53,305 bases of DNA, taken from a virus (lineage: Duplodnaviria > Caudoviricetes). This document shows, piece after piece, positions 9,813 through 19,273 of this stretch (position 1 is the stretch's first letter; the number at the start of each line of letters is the position of its first letter). The DNA lies in IMG/VR virus record IMGVR_UViG_3300001199_000286, positions 1-53,305 of that record; one strand, 5' to 3'. Below the pieces are notes generated by a model. That model was not told the origin of the DNA. It saw only the letters and a list, made by a program, of their open reading frames with translations, and ran no database searches. A program made the position numbers and the translations under genes.

Positions 9813-10240
9813 TGTAAACCTCCTGGTGAGCCCCCAGAAGCGTCTGGAGGTGGCGAGGGCATTCCAGCATCCATTCCGCCTGCTGCCCCTTGTTGGGCCG
9901 CTAATGCGGGCGTCCAACCTACTGTTAAAAGCTGAATTACTTCCTTTCTACTTAAACGATATTCTTTATCATCTGGTGAACCCATATAACGAGTTTTACC
10001 CATATAAGCTTTTTGTCCTGGCATATTCTTTAATTTAATGATAGCACTACCATCAGGAAACGTCTGTTTAATCTCCCAAGCAGCGGTTTTATAATTAACG
10101 CCACCTAAATTAAAATGGGAATTAACCCAAGGTTCTTTTTTAAGGACTTTATTCCTGTTTTTAGCGTCAATGCCCAATTCATCATAAAGACCATTAAAAT
10201 AGTCCGCTTCTTCGATAAATTGTTTGAAAGTGTAACTCAT
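9809..10240 (-). CDS. Hypothetical protein, candidate internal virion protein
   Basis: MSYTFKQFIEE N-terminus; low-complexity Gly/Pro tail. Confidence 0.7.
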   Translation of the reverse strand: MSYTFKQFIEEADYFNGLYDELGIDAKNRNKVLKKEPWVNSHFNLGGVNYKTAAWEIKQTFPDGSAIIKLKNMPGQKAYMGKTRYMGSPDDKEYRLSRKEVIQLLTVGWTPALAAQQGAAGGMDAGMPSPPPDASGGSPGGLQ

Positions 10241-10257
10241 TAAAATATATATTAATC

Positions 10258-10929
10258 ATGCTACCATTCGCCAATAAAGATAAACAAAAATTTCAATGTT
10301 TTGTTTGTGGTAAAGAGTTCGTCAGTTTTGACACCTACAAGGAACATATCACAGAAAACCATGAATTAGGCAGAGAATACGTCGTTTGCCCTGTAGATTA
10401 CTGTCAAGCCCCTGTTCGGGATTTAAAATTACATGTCAAGGTGAAACACCCAAATATTAAAGAATTACCACCAGGGCTACAATATAGGGCTGTTATTTGG
10501 AAGGACCAATCCAAAAGAAAAGATGGAAAACTCAAGACTCAAAAGGTTAAATTTAGAAGTGGCAGTATTTTCTCTAATAAAAATCAAAAAGAAGTCAAAT
10601 ATCGCAGTGGATTAGAATGCCACGTTTATGAATGTTTAGAAGAAATCAAAGAAGTTCTTGCTTATGATGCCGAACCATTTCCAGTAGAATATTTTTATGA
10701 AGGAGTAAAACACAATTATCTCCCAGACTTAAGCCTTTTGCTCTCTGGAGGAAGGGTTCAAATCTGGGAGATAAAACCATCAGACCAAACTTCATTACCT
10801 GTTAATTTGGCTAAATGGGCGGCTTGTGATGCATTTTGTCAATCAAGAGGATGGAAATTTCAAGTCATTACCGAAAAAGGTCTAGAGAAACTTAGAATAT
10901 GCAGAAAAACTCAAACATTAGATTTTTGA
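10258..10929 (+). CDS. C2H2 zinc-finger + TnsA_N/T4 gp4-like PD-(D/E)xK endonuclease
   Basis: CFVC...H...H and CPVDYC...H...H; RSGLE, EPFPVEY, YLPDL, EIKP, K-W-A-A...GWKFQVITE. Confidence 0.75.
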   Translation: MLPFANKDKQKFQCFVCGKEFVSFDTYKEHITENHELGREYVVCPVDYCQAPVRDLKLHVKVKHPNIKELPPGLQYRAVIWKDQSKRKDGKLKTQKVKFRSGSIFSNKNQKEVKYRSGLECHVYECLEEIKEVLAYDAEPFPVEYFYEGVKHNYLPDLSLLLSGGRVQIWEIKPSDQTSLPVNLAKWAACDAFCQSRGWKFQVITEKGLEKLRICRKTQTLDF

Positions 10930-11074
10930 TATAGTTTTTCTAATTTATGGTAGCCTGAAACAGTACATAATTTTAATAAATACCATCTTTTGTCAAAGTA
11001 ATCACCCATCTTTCTTTGTTATTTTCCAACCTTTTCAGAATTCTTGACCGAGCAACAAATAATTAAATAATACA

Positions 11075-11716
11075 TCATTTATTTGCATATTTATTCTCAA
11101 CAAATGGTAACAATAGATTTTCTACTTTATCATACAATTGTTTAATCGTTCCATTATTAACAAGATAATAATCAAAAAATTCTAAATGTCTTGGAATATC
11201 TGTTCTATCTGGATCGTATTTAATTGGGCCGTCAGTCTTAATGTTTTTAAGACACCAATCTAACAAAGGACGAACTTGAGCCTCAGATTGATTAGGATCA
11301 TCATTTAAATATCCTGGTCTATATAAAAGCACATTAATGCCGCCAAGAAAATCAACAGCCTTAGCCTCATTGGAAGTATACCTTCCGTCACTGATAATTA
11401 ATTGCTTATCTTTTTCTTTTAACGCGATTTCAATCCAAATATTTGATTTAATCTCTCGAAATCCATCTCCAATAAATTGAAGACCTTTACGTACACTCAT
11501 TGACATGCCAGGAGGGGAATCATTTGTTCGCTTCCATTTTTCAATAAATACTCTGTCTACCCCAAAAGCATTTTGATAAACCTCCTTAACTGGATTTGCA
11601 AACGCCGCCCTATCCCAATATCCGCTTTTTTGCCTCTTATTTAACACTTCTGCCAAATAATCACACACCGTATCTTTACCCATTCCTAATTGCGAAAACG
11701 CACAAACAATTTTCAT
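11075..11716 (-). CDS. Deoxynucleoside monophosphate kinase (T4 gp1-like)
   Basis: GMGKDT P-loop, AFANPVK, RKGLQFIGD, ISDGRY..NE, NNGT. Confidence 0.85.
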   Translation of the reverse strand: MKIVCAFSQLGMGKDTVCDYLAEVLNKRQKSGYWDRAAFANPVKEVYQNAFGVDRVFIEKWKRTNDSPPGMSMSVRKGLQFIGDGFREIKSNIWIEIALKEKDKQLIISDGRYTSNEAKAVDFLGGINVLLYRPGYLNDDPNQSEAQVRPLLDWCLKNIKTDGPIKYDPDRTDIPRHLEFFDYYLVNNGTIKQLYDKVENLLLPFVENKYANK

Positions 11717-11798
11717 ATAATTCCTCTTTGATTGATTTTTATTAAATTATCCTTTTAAATGAGCCAAATCAATAACTAAATTAAAAGAAAGGCTTAAT

Positions 11799-12035
11799 AT
11801 GAATCAAGAAAAAAAATGCAAAAGCTGCCTACTATATGACAAAAAAAAAGAGCAATGCAAAGTTGCAGTTTTAATTGGAGGCCAAGAAACTCATCTACCT
11901 GTATTTCCAGAAGATAATTGCCATTTTATTGAATTGGGCATCTCTGCTGAACAAGTACGTTGGTTTGAAGATGATTCCAATGGCAAAAAAGTAATTAAAA
12001 TGGAATATCCAAACAATTTCTTTGGTGACATCTAA
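11799..12035 (+). CDS. Small Cys-containing hypothetical protein
   Basis: CxxC...C...C; AAGG RBS; TAATG coupling to next gene. Confidence 0.65.
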   Translation: MNQEKKCKSCLLYDKKKEQCKVAVLIGGQETHLPVFPEDNCHFIELGISAEQVRWFEDDSNGKKVIKMEYPNNFFGDI

Positions 12036-12892
12036 TGAGTTCTTTTGAAGTAAATATCGTAATTGATGATGTTGTTTTGGGTTGCTGCAAATGTTGTTGT
12101 TGTTGTCCAATTGGAGAATGCAATTGGCTAGATTTAGGGGGATACAGCATAGATCCTCCCATCGCTTCGGCAAACATTACCCACCCAAGCTCCTATAGTG
12201 TTAGATTTGATTTTGATAATGCACACAACAATCCATTCCCATTAAATCCAAACCCAATTTACACTTCTTACGCCTATAGCTGTGAAGGCTGGCAAAATCT
12301 TCGACAAATGGCATCTTCTTCAAGAGGTTTTAAGAAAACTGGTTCTGGGACTATCTCTGTTAAATATGAAGCAAATATTGAAAAACACGAGCCAGGGTTT
12401 GATTGTGGCAGCTTTGCTGTATATAGATGCCTTGGAGCAACAGATAATATTGTTGGGATGGGCGGAGAAATAATTATATCAGGTGGCGGGTGTTCTCAAG
12501 GCTGTCCCCCAACATATGACCATCCAGCAACTTCGGAATGTTATTGTGAAATGTTGCCTGTTCCAGAGACAACCGTAAATTATACAGAAAATTGTTCCAA
12601 CACATCCCACTATAGATTTGAAGCCTCTGTAGATAGTGTAGACGGAAGTTGGCACCATGATGCTTATTGGAAATTCACAATTTCAGGAGTCACCGTAGAG
12701 GATTGTGCAACTCCAGCCTTAATAACATTAAACAAAAGAAAAATAAGAGCTAATTTATTAGATAGAATGAAAAAATTATCTCTCACGGGTATTAAAGCAT
12801 TGAAAAACAAAAAATGGTTTAAGGAAATTGAAATCCGCTCTGACAGATCTAAAGTTTTGATACAAGGAAAAAAATGGAAGAGAATTTTATAA
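12035..12892 (+). CDS. Cys-rich hypothetical protein
   Basis: GCCKCCCCCP N-terminal run; basic C-terminal tail. Confidence 0.7.
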   Translation: MSSFEVNIVIDDVVLGCCKCCCCCPIGECNWLDLGGYSIDPPIASANITHPSSYSVRFDFDNAHNNPFPLNPNPIYTSYAYSCEGWQNLRQMASSSRGFKKTGSGTISVKYEANIEKHEPGFDCGSFAVYRCLGATDNIVGMGGEIIISGGGCSQGCPPTYDHPATSECYCEMLPVPETTVNYTENCSNTSHYRFEASVDSVDGSWHHDAYWKFTISGVTVEDCATPALITLNKRKIRANLLDRMKKLSLTGIKALKNKKWFKEIEIRSDRSKVLIQGKKWKRIL

Positions 12893-13563
12893 TTATGGGT
12901 ATGGCCCGTACAGGATCAACCTATTTGTGGTCTTTATTGAATAGCCATCCCTCAATCACATGTTTTAATGATGATTTATATGAAGAATTCAAAAAACAAA
13001 CTCTACCATTAAGGGCTTTTTTAAACACAGAACTAATTACTGTTTCAAAAACATTAGGAAGTAAAATACTTCCAAAACTTTATAACGAATTCACACAAGA
13101 TGATTTTATTTGGTTAAGAGATAACAAAAACTTCAAAAAAGTAATTTACATATATCGAGAAAATGTTTTAGACCAATATGTTTCTATTCAATTAGCAAAC
13201 TTGAATGAATCTTTCACTTCTTATAAAGAAAAAAACGAATTAATTGGTTCTTATAAAAATCAATCAATTGAAACCAATAAAGAAAAACTACTTCATTGGC
13301 ATGAATTTTATAAAAAAACAAATAATTCAATGCTAGAAACCATCAAAAATATATTCAAAAACTACGTATGTATAGAATACAACGAAATAAAAAACCAAAA
13401 AAAAATAAAAACAATCTATAATTATTTAAATATACCTTTTGTTTACACAGAAACAAAACAACTAAAACAAAAGACAAAACATAATTCGGAAATTATACAA
13501 AACTATAGAGAGTTAAAAAACGACTTAACTGGTACAGAATTAGAGGTTTATTTTAATGATTAG
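12874..13563 (+). CDS. Sulfotransferase (Stf0-like)
   Basis: MARTGSTYL..LLNSHP PAPS loop; YRENVLDQYVS; IQNYREL. Confidence 0.8.
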   Translation: MEENFIIMGMARTGSTYLWSLLNSHPSITCFNDDLYEEFKKQTLPLRAFLNTELITVSKTLGSKILPKLYNEFTQDDFIWLRDNKNFKKVIYIYRENVLDQYVSIQLANLNESFTSYKEKNELIGSYKNQSIETNKEKLLHWHEFYKKTNNSMLETIKNIFKNYVCIEYNEIKNQKKIKTIYNYLNIPFVYTETKQLKQKTKHNSEIIQNYRELKNDLTGTELEVYFND

Positions 13564-16036
13564 AATTGGTTTTTTAGTATATTCTTACGCATATGGCGGT
13601 TCAGAAACCGAATTGAATTTGTTAATAGAAAACATTGATAAAGAAAACTTTTCCATCTCTGGTATTGCTCCATTAAAAATCAAAGATAAACTTATGGATC
13701 ATTATCCAGACATCCCAATTTATTGTACAGAAAACGAATTTAAAGACCATAGAAGTATTTTTTATGTTGAATTTAAAGATGCTGTTGAAGCTCTTTGTAA
13801 AAAGAGCGACATTATTATTAGTTGGGGATTGTATGACATGTATAAATACATTCCAGAATCCTTCAAAGGACAACTTGTTTTAAACTCAAAAGATAGCGGA
13901 GAATGGATTGAAAAAATATTACGTCAAAACGTATTATTGACAAAACATTATACCGCCAATTCTTCATTGTCTAAAACTGCATTTCCCAAAGTATATCAAG
14001 ATAAGGTTGAAATTATCCACAACGGATTTCAACCAAAATCTCCCACTCTATCTAAACAAGAACAAAAAACCATCTGGGGTCTACAAAACAAAAAAATAAT
14101 AGGGTTCATGGGAAGACTGGTGTTTAACAAAGGTATTAAAAAAGTGGCAGACATTCTTTCACTTATGCCTGATGATTGGAATGTTGTATTTGCTGGAATT
14201 AGCAAGGGCGACGATAGCGAATATTTCAAACAATATTGCGAACAAAAAATACCAGGAAGATATTTAATATTGCCTTGGCAAAAAAATCCAGAAAACACAT
14301 TAAATGCCTATGACATATTAATTCAACCTTCTGAACATGAAGGTTTTAGCAACACTTTAGGAGAAGCCTGGATGCTGGGAATTCCTACTGCATACAACAA
14401 AACAACAAATATACCAGAAGAACTTTCAGGACTTGGAATAGAGTTAAATCAAAAAGATACACCAGAAGATATAAAACAAGCAATATTAATTCAAAATAAA
14501 TTGTTAATTTCAAAAGCTAAAAAAACTATAGAAAATTTTACTGTTGAAAAAAACATCAAAAAATGGGAATCATATTTAACCAAAATACATTCTTATAACA
14601 AAACCCGAGTTATGGTTATTTTGTCAAATATAATGGAAACTGGAGTTCAGATTTGGCTTAAAACTCTTATGGAAGAATGCCAATCAATAGATTGGTGTTG
14701 TTTAGTTTATAACCGAAACAGTTTCACAAATGATGAAATGTTAAAGTCTTTGGCTAAACACAGTCCAGTATATGATTTGGGATATAAAAATTTCATTAAA
14801 AAATGGATTGTTGACGGAAAATCAATTAATTTATCCGTATTGCATGAAAATGAAGATACTATTGATTTTAAAACATCCGAAGGCAAAGAAATAACAATCG
14901 AAAAATCAAGAGTTACAATTCAAAAAGAAGATATTCATGTATATGATGTAGCCAAAGAAAAATTAAAATCAGCAATAGAATATTCAAAACCAGAAGTAAT
15001 TGTTGCTTTTGGAATTGAGAGTTTAGGATATATTTTACCTAAAACATCAGCAAAAATCATCTCAGTTTCTCACCTTGCTGCAGAAAACAGCTTCAAAGAA
15101 TCAACAAATCTTTTGATGAAATATATATCAAAAAAATCAACATATAATATTGGCGTTTCTAATATCTCAATGAATTCTCATCCACAAGAAACAAAAAACC
15201 GAACAATTTACAATGGTGTAAAATTTGAAAAACAAAACAAAAACCATTGCAGAAAACAATTAGGACTAAACCCAGAAGATGTAATTATTGGATTTATTGG
15301 AAGACTAGAAAAAACAAAAAACCCGCTGCCATTAGCTGGTGCCATTAATTTACTACCAATAAATTACAAGGCTATTTTTGTTGGAAAAGAAGCAGATGTT
15401 TTATCACAATCTCTCAAAGAAATAAGTAAAAAAACTATTTATTTTCCACACCAAATCAATGTTAATCCTTTTTGGAACGCATTAGATGCATTAGTTGTCA
15501 CATCTAATGCAGAAGCCTTTGGATTAAATATAGTTGAAGCATGGGCTGCAGGAATCCCTGTTGTATCCACAGAAGTTGGAATAATAAAAGAAATCAAAAC
15601 TCTATATAACAAAGATTTAGCAATTGTATTGCCTCCCGATCCCAGCGAATATACCGTCAAAAAAGCAATAGAAAAAGCATTGTCAGATCCAATCTATAAA
15701 CAAACAATTAAAATATGTCAAGAATTATATAAACAATATTTTAATGCCAAAAGAATGACAAACGAATGGGAGTTTTTATTCTCTTCTTGTAAAAATAACA
15801 TTCCATTTGAACAGAACTTAATACCACAACCTATAATTGATTTGATTTTATCTGCTCCTGATTTGGAACGACTTCCTCAATCAAAAGAAACCTCTAAAAT
15901 AAAACAATTTATTCAATATGAAAAACAAATTGAATCTCAGGGTTGCGGCGTATGTGGATCAAAAAGACAATCTTCCAATAAGATTGAACAATTTCGTGAT
16001 GCTATCAAAAAAATAAAGAAAAAAAAATTATTGTGA
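13556..16036 (+). CDS. Tandem two-domain GT4 glycosyltransferase
   Basis: Two GT-B units: GRLVFNKG...EGFSNTLGEA and GRLEKTKN...EAFGLNIVEAWAAGIPVV (Ex7E). Confidence 0.88.
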   Translation: MIRIGFLVYSYAYGGSETELNLLIENIDKENFSISGIAPLKIKDKLMDHYPDIPIYCTENEFKDHRSIFYVEFKDAVEALCKKSDIIISWGLYDMYKYIPESFKGQLVLNSKDSGEWIEKILRQNVLLTKHYTANSSLSKTAFPKVYQDKVEIIHNGFQPKSPTLSKQEQKTIWGLQNKKIIGFMGRLVFNKGIKKVADILSLMPDDWNVVFAGISKGDDSEYFKQYCEQKIPGRYLILPWQKNPENTLNAYDILIQPSEHEGFSNTLGEAWMLGIPTAYNKTTNIPEELSGLGIELNQKDTPEDIKQAILIQNKLLISKAKKTIENFTVEKNIKKWESYLTKIHSYNKTRVMVILSNIMETGVQIWLKTLMEECQSIDWCCLVYNRNSFTNDEMLKSLAKHSPVYDLGYKNFIKKWIVDGKSINLSVLHENEDTIDFKTSEGKEITIEKSRVTIQKEDIHVYDVAKEKLKSAIEYSKPEVIVAFGIESLGYILPKTSAKIISVSHLAAENSFKESTNLLMKYISKKSTYNIGVSNISMNSHPQETKNRTIYNGVKFEKQNKNHCRKQLGLNPEDVIIGFIGRLEKTKNPLPLAGAINLLPINYKAIFVGKEADVLSQSLKEISKKTIYFPHQINVNPFWNALDALVVTSNAEAFGLNIVEAWAAGIPVVSTEVGIIKEIKTLYNKDLAIVLPPDPSEYTVKKAIEKALSDPIYKQTIKICQELYKQYFNAKRMTNEWEFLFSSCKNNIPFEQNLIPQPIIDLILSAPDLERLPQSKETSKIKQFIQYEKQIESQGCGVCGSKRQSSNKIEQFRDAIKKIKKKKLL

Positions 16037-16049
16037 TTTAGCCTTCAAC

Positions 16050-16307
16050 TCAATCTTTGGATAATCGCGTAATCTCTTCCTGTAATTTGGAAACGTTTCG
16101 CTGATCTATCTCTTTGGATAATTTTCTCATTTCTTCATGTCTTTCTTGATGTGCCTTTAAATCGGCAATAGCCAATCTAATGTGATCTCGACATCTACCA
16201 TAATCTACGATAGAGGCCCAAGAGGCTATTAACTCTAACTTACCAATCTGTTCATTCAAAGTATCGTCCCAACTCATTTTAAGCTCCAGATAATTTGGCA
16301 CTATCAA
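16050..16307 (-). CDS. Hypothetical protein
   Basis: Follows helicase; probable start at MSWDD. Confidence 0.55.
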   Translation of the reverse strand: MIVPNYLELKMSWDDTLNEQIGKLELIASWASIVDYGRCRDHIRLAIADLKAHQERHEEMRKLSKEIDQRNVSKLQEEITRLSKD

Positions 16308-18294
16308 TCATTTTCTGAACACTGTCAGGTTTCATTCCCAACACAATACTTAGCTTTTTGGAATCGCCAGAAGCAATATCACAAGCATTTTTATAGCCAG
16401 CACTGAACAGTTTTTGAGCCCTTACACGACCAACGTTGTCAATGCCACAAAGATCAAGCAGTTCTGGCTTAACACCATATTGAATTCTACGAGCTATGGT
16501 TTCAAACCATCCTGTTTTCTCCCATTTGCCGCCCATCGTATCCAATGTTTTAAGCACTTGATTAAGTCTAGGGTAATCTTGCTCCATGCCACGCATCATC
16601 GAAATGAAAGTATAAGTGTTTACGCCATTGAGTAAACAATAATAGCCATACCCAGCTTTAAGAGCTTGATCTTTGAACATTCCAAGCTTTTTAGCCTTGG
16701 CTGCAAATGATTCCATTTCTTCCTTTTCAGCCTTAGAAATAATGCCAGATTTAAATGTGTCTGTATTCCCCAATGCCATAGCAACTTGATAATCATCATT
16801 TTGTTGATTATTTTCAAATAGCCGTTTGAAATTTTTTCTTAAATCAGACACATCATAGGGAGAATAATAGAACATACTAGCAATCATCCCAACAGATGTT
16901 GCTTTGTAAATATCATCCTCTAAACGAATGGCTCCAATTTCCTTCAAAGAGTCAACAACAGAATCAATAATCGTGTCATCCAAATCCCTAGCCTGAAAAT
17001 TAGCCAATGTACGTTCGTACCAAGCCTGAATGTCTTCTTTTGTTTGAACTAAGCCATGATGAATTTCACTAATTAAATGAAAAGCAAGTCCCTTATATTT
17101 GAAATCTTGTTGTTCCAATAATTGGGAAATAATCTTCTGAGGGTTTTGGAGTTTAGTTTTATATTTAACCTTATCCGTCTCTGGGATCAGAATATAAGCA
17201 TCTCCAATTGGATCATAAGCTGGCCTACCACTACGTCCAACCATTTGCCAAATATCATAGGTTGGAACCTCATCTAAACCACGTTCCATACCCAATATAA
17301 TAACTCTACGAGCAGGAACATTGCAACCCCATGCCAGCGTGCTTGTAGCCACTAAAACTCTAAAACTAGGGTCTGTTTTGAATCTTCTCTCTAAATCAAC
17401 ACGCTTATCTTTTTCAACGCTTGCACTATGAAATTCAGATTGAATCTTTCTTGATGCCAAACATTTCTTCATTAGTTCGCCCGTCTTCTTAGTGTGAGCA
17501 AATATAAGAAATTTATCGTCTGGATAATCTTCTACAATATCTAAAGCTGCGTCTACTTTCTGCATTTCCTTTTCATCATAACGACCCGAATCCTGATAAA
17601 TTTCATAATGAACATTTAATGGACAAGGACGATATTCTGATGTTAAAACAAATGTCTCTTGTTTTGTTAAAACATACGACATCCACTCACCAATTTCATT
17701 GACATTTGGCATAGTAGCTGACAAAAGTATGATTCTGGCCTTGGGACAGATTTGAGAGAATTTACAAAGACCTACCTCTAGATGTGCCCCACGACCAGGA
17801 ACGGTTAATAAATGGCCTTCATCCACAACACAAGTTCCAATATTCAAAAGGAATTCATTGTGTTCTGATTTGAAGTTTCTGATACGTGCATTCAACATTT
17901 CCGTAGTCATAATAATCAAATCAGCTTCTTCCAATTCTTGCTTGCGTTCTTTTGTAAGACGATAATCCCCCGTACAAATAGCAACTTTAAGATCACCAAA
18001 ATGATAATCGGGGTTTGTCCAATCATCAATTTTTTCTTGTGCTAAAGCTCGCATAGGAGCAAGATATAAACCCTTGCCGCCACGTTTGCGAACCTCATGA
18101 GCCAAAAACATTTCGGCACACACCGTTTTTCCTGATGAAGTTTTAGTGGCGACTACTCCACTCATTTCTTTATCATAATAAGGAAATAAAGCACTTTGAA
18201 TTGGGTTGAACTTTTCAAAAACCCATTTTGCGTAAGGATATTTTGAAGTTTCAACCAAATTGTTTTCTTCGGTAATCTTAATAATCGGCGGCAT
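16279..18294 (-). CDS. Ski2-like (Hel308-type) SF2 helicase
   Basis: FNPIQ, TSSGKT, APMRALAQE, DEGH, LSAT, RPCPL, ATSTLAWGCNVPA, QMVGRSGRP; C-terminal HhH (NVGRVRAQKLFSAG). Confidence 0.92.
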   Translation of the reverse strand: MPPIIKITEENNLVETSKYPYAKWVFEKFNPIQSALFPYYDKEMSGVVATKTSSGKTVCAEMFLAHEVRKRGGKGLYLAPMRALAQEKIDDWTNPDYHFGDLKVAICTGDYRLTKERKQELEEADLIIMTTEMLNARIRNFKSEHNEFLLNIGTCVVDEGHLLTVPGRGAHLEVGLCKFSQICPKARIILLSATMPNVNEIGEWMSYVLTKQETFVLTSEYRPCPLNVHYEIYQDSGRYDEKEMQKVDAALDIVEDYPDDKFLIFAHTKKTGELMKKCLASRKIQSEFHSASVEKDKRVDLERRFKTDPSFRVLVATSTLAWGCNVPARRVIILGMERGLDEVPTYDIWQMVGRSGRPAYDPIGDAYILIPETDKVKYKTKLQNPQKIISQLLEQQDFKYKGLAFHLISEIHHGLVQTKEDIQAWYERTLANFQARDLDDTIIDSVVDSLKEIGAIRLEDDIYKATSVGMIASMFYYSPYDVSDLRKNFKRLFENNQQNDDYQVAMALGNTDTFKSGIISKAEKEEMESFAAKAKKLGMFKDQALKAGYGYYCLLNGVNTYTFISMMRGMEQDYPRLNQVLKTLDTMGGKWEKTGWFETIARRIQYGVKPELLDLCGIDNVGRVRAQKLFSAGYKNACDIASGDSKKLSIVLGMKPDSVQKMIDSAKLSGA

Positions 18295-18551
18295 TAATAT
18301 ATCTCAGCTAAATTGAACTTTCGATTACAATCTTTATCAACGTACTTAAATAAAACTTCGAGAGTTTCATGGAATTCATCGGAGTTTTTTACAAACGCAA
18401 AATGACGATCTAAATCACTTTTACCAATAAAATCTAGAACTTCTGCTAGATCACCAGATAATTGGAAGTATAATCTAGAATATAGAAACTTTAAATTTTC
18501 ATCATTTAGTTTTGAAACAAACTCTTTTATAGCGTTTTCTGATTTCTTCAT
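18294..18551 (-). CDS. Hypothetical protein
   Basis: TAATG coupling to helicase. Confidence 0.65.
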   Translation of the reverse strand: MKKSENAIKEFVSKLNDENLKFLYSRLYFQLSGDLAEVLDFIGKSDLDRHFAFVKNSDEFHETLEVLFKYVDKDCNRKFNLAEIY

Positions 18552-18560
18552 ATTGAACCT

Positions 18561-18878
18561 ATGTTAAATAAACAACAAATAGAGCATTTCCTGGTCTTAA
18601 ATTGGAACAAACTCTTTCCAATTCAGGACTTGAAATCTTACATAGCTAAGACGATTTCAGAACAAGAAGATAAAATTATAGAATCTTCGGAGCCAATTCA
18701 AGAAAAAAACTTGATTAGCATTTCTCGTTTTGAAATCTTATACAACAAATTCTTAATTTGGGTAGAATTTAATATGCCCTACAAAAATAGTATGGTTTTA
18801 GGAACCATTGAGGTTGCATTCAATCATGAGGGCGATATAATTGAATGCAACCTTGTCGGAACTAAAACAAGTTTATAG
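18561..18878 (+). CDS. Hypothetical protein
   Basis: Fills gap; divergent from 18294..18551 with 9-bp spacer. Confidence 0.6.
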   Translation: MLNKQQIEHFLVLNWNKLFPIQDLKSYIAKTISEQEDKIIESSEPIQEKNLISISRFEILYNKFLIWVEFNMPYKNSMVLGTIEVAFNHEGDIIECNLVGTKTSL

Positions 18879-18906
18879 GGATTAAATAGCTGATACAATA
18901 CTTTAT

Positions 18907-19206
18907 TTAAAGTATTTCTAATTTACGAATATTATCGCCTTTATAATCAGTGAAACTGTCTTCAAAGACAATAGACGTATTATCATCAATAAAACTAACA
19001 CCTGCATTAAACGCATCAATACTTGCAGAACGGCCATCTCTACTGGCAATTACCCAACAATAATCATCATTTTTAATCAAATTTCCATGTTGATCTTCGG
19101 AAACTGTGCCAATTTCCAACACAACGCCGTCTGGGAGTAGAATCTCTAACTTTCCGTACTGTTTGAGATAGAGATTGACAAGGGATTGAATCTTATTTTT
19201 ATTCAT
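18907..19206 (-). CDS. Hypothetical protein
   Basis: Start reassigned to MNKNK (GAGGA RBS upstream). Confidence 0.65.
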   Translation of the reverse strand: MNKNKIQSLVNLYLKQYGKLEILLPDGVVLEIGTVSEDQHGNLIKNDDYCWVIASRDGRSASIDAFNAGVSFIDDNTSIVFEDSFTDYKGDNIRKLEIL

Positions 19207-19273
19207 TGTAGTATCCTCTAAAAATAGGTAATTGCATTCTAACATAATATATAGATTAGAAAGAAAACGAACC

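Noticed and set aside
10930-11074. Possible small minus-strand gene
   Set aside because: The longest open frame has no convincing start codon or RBS.
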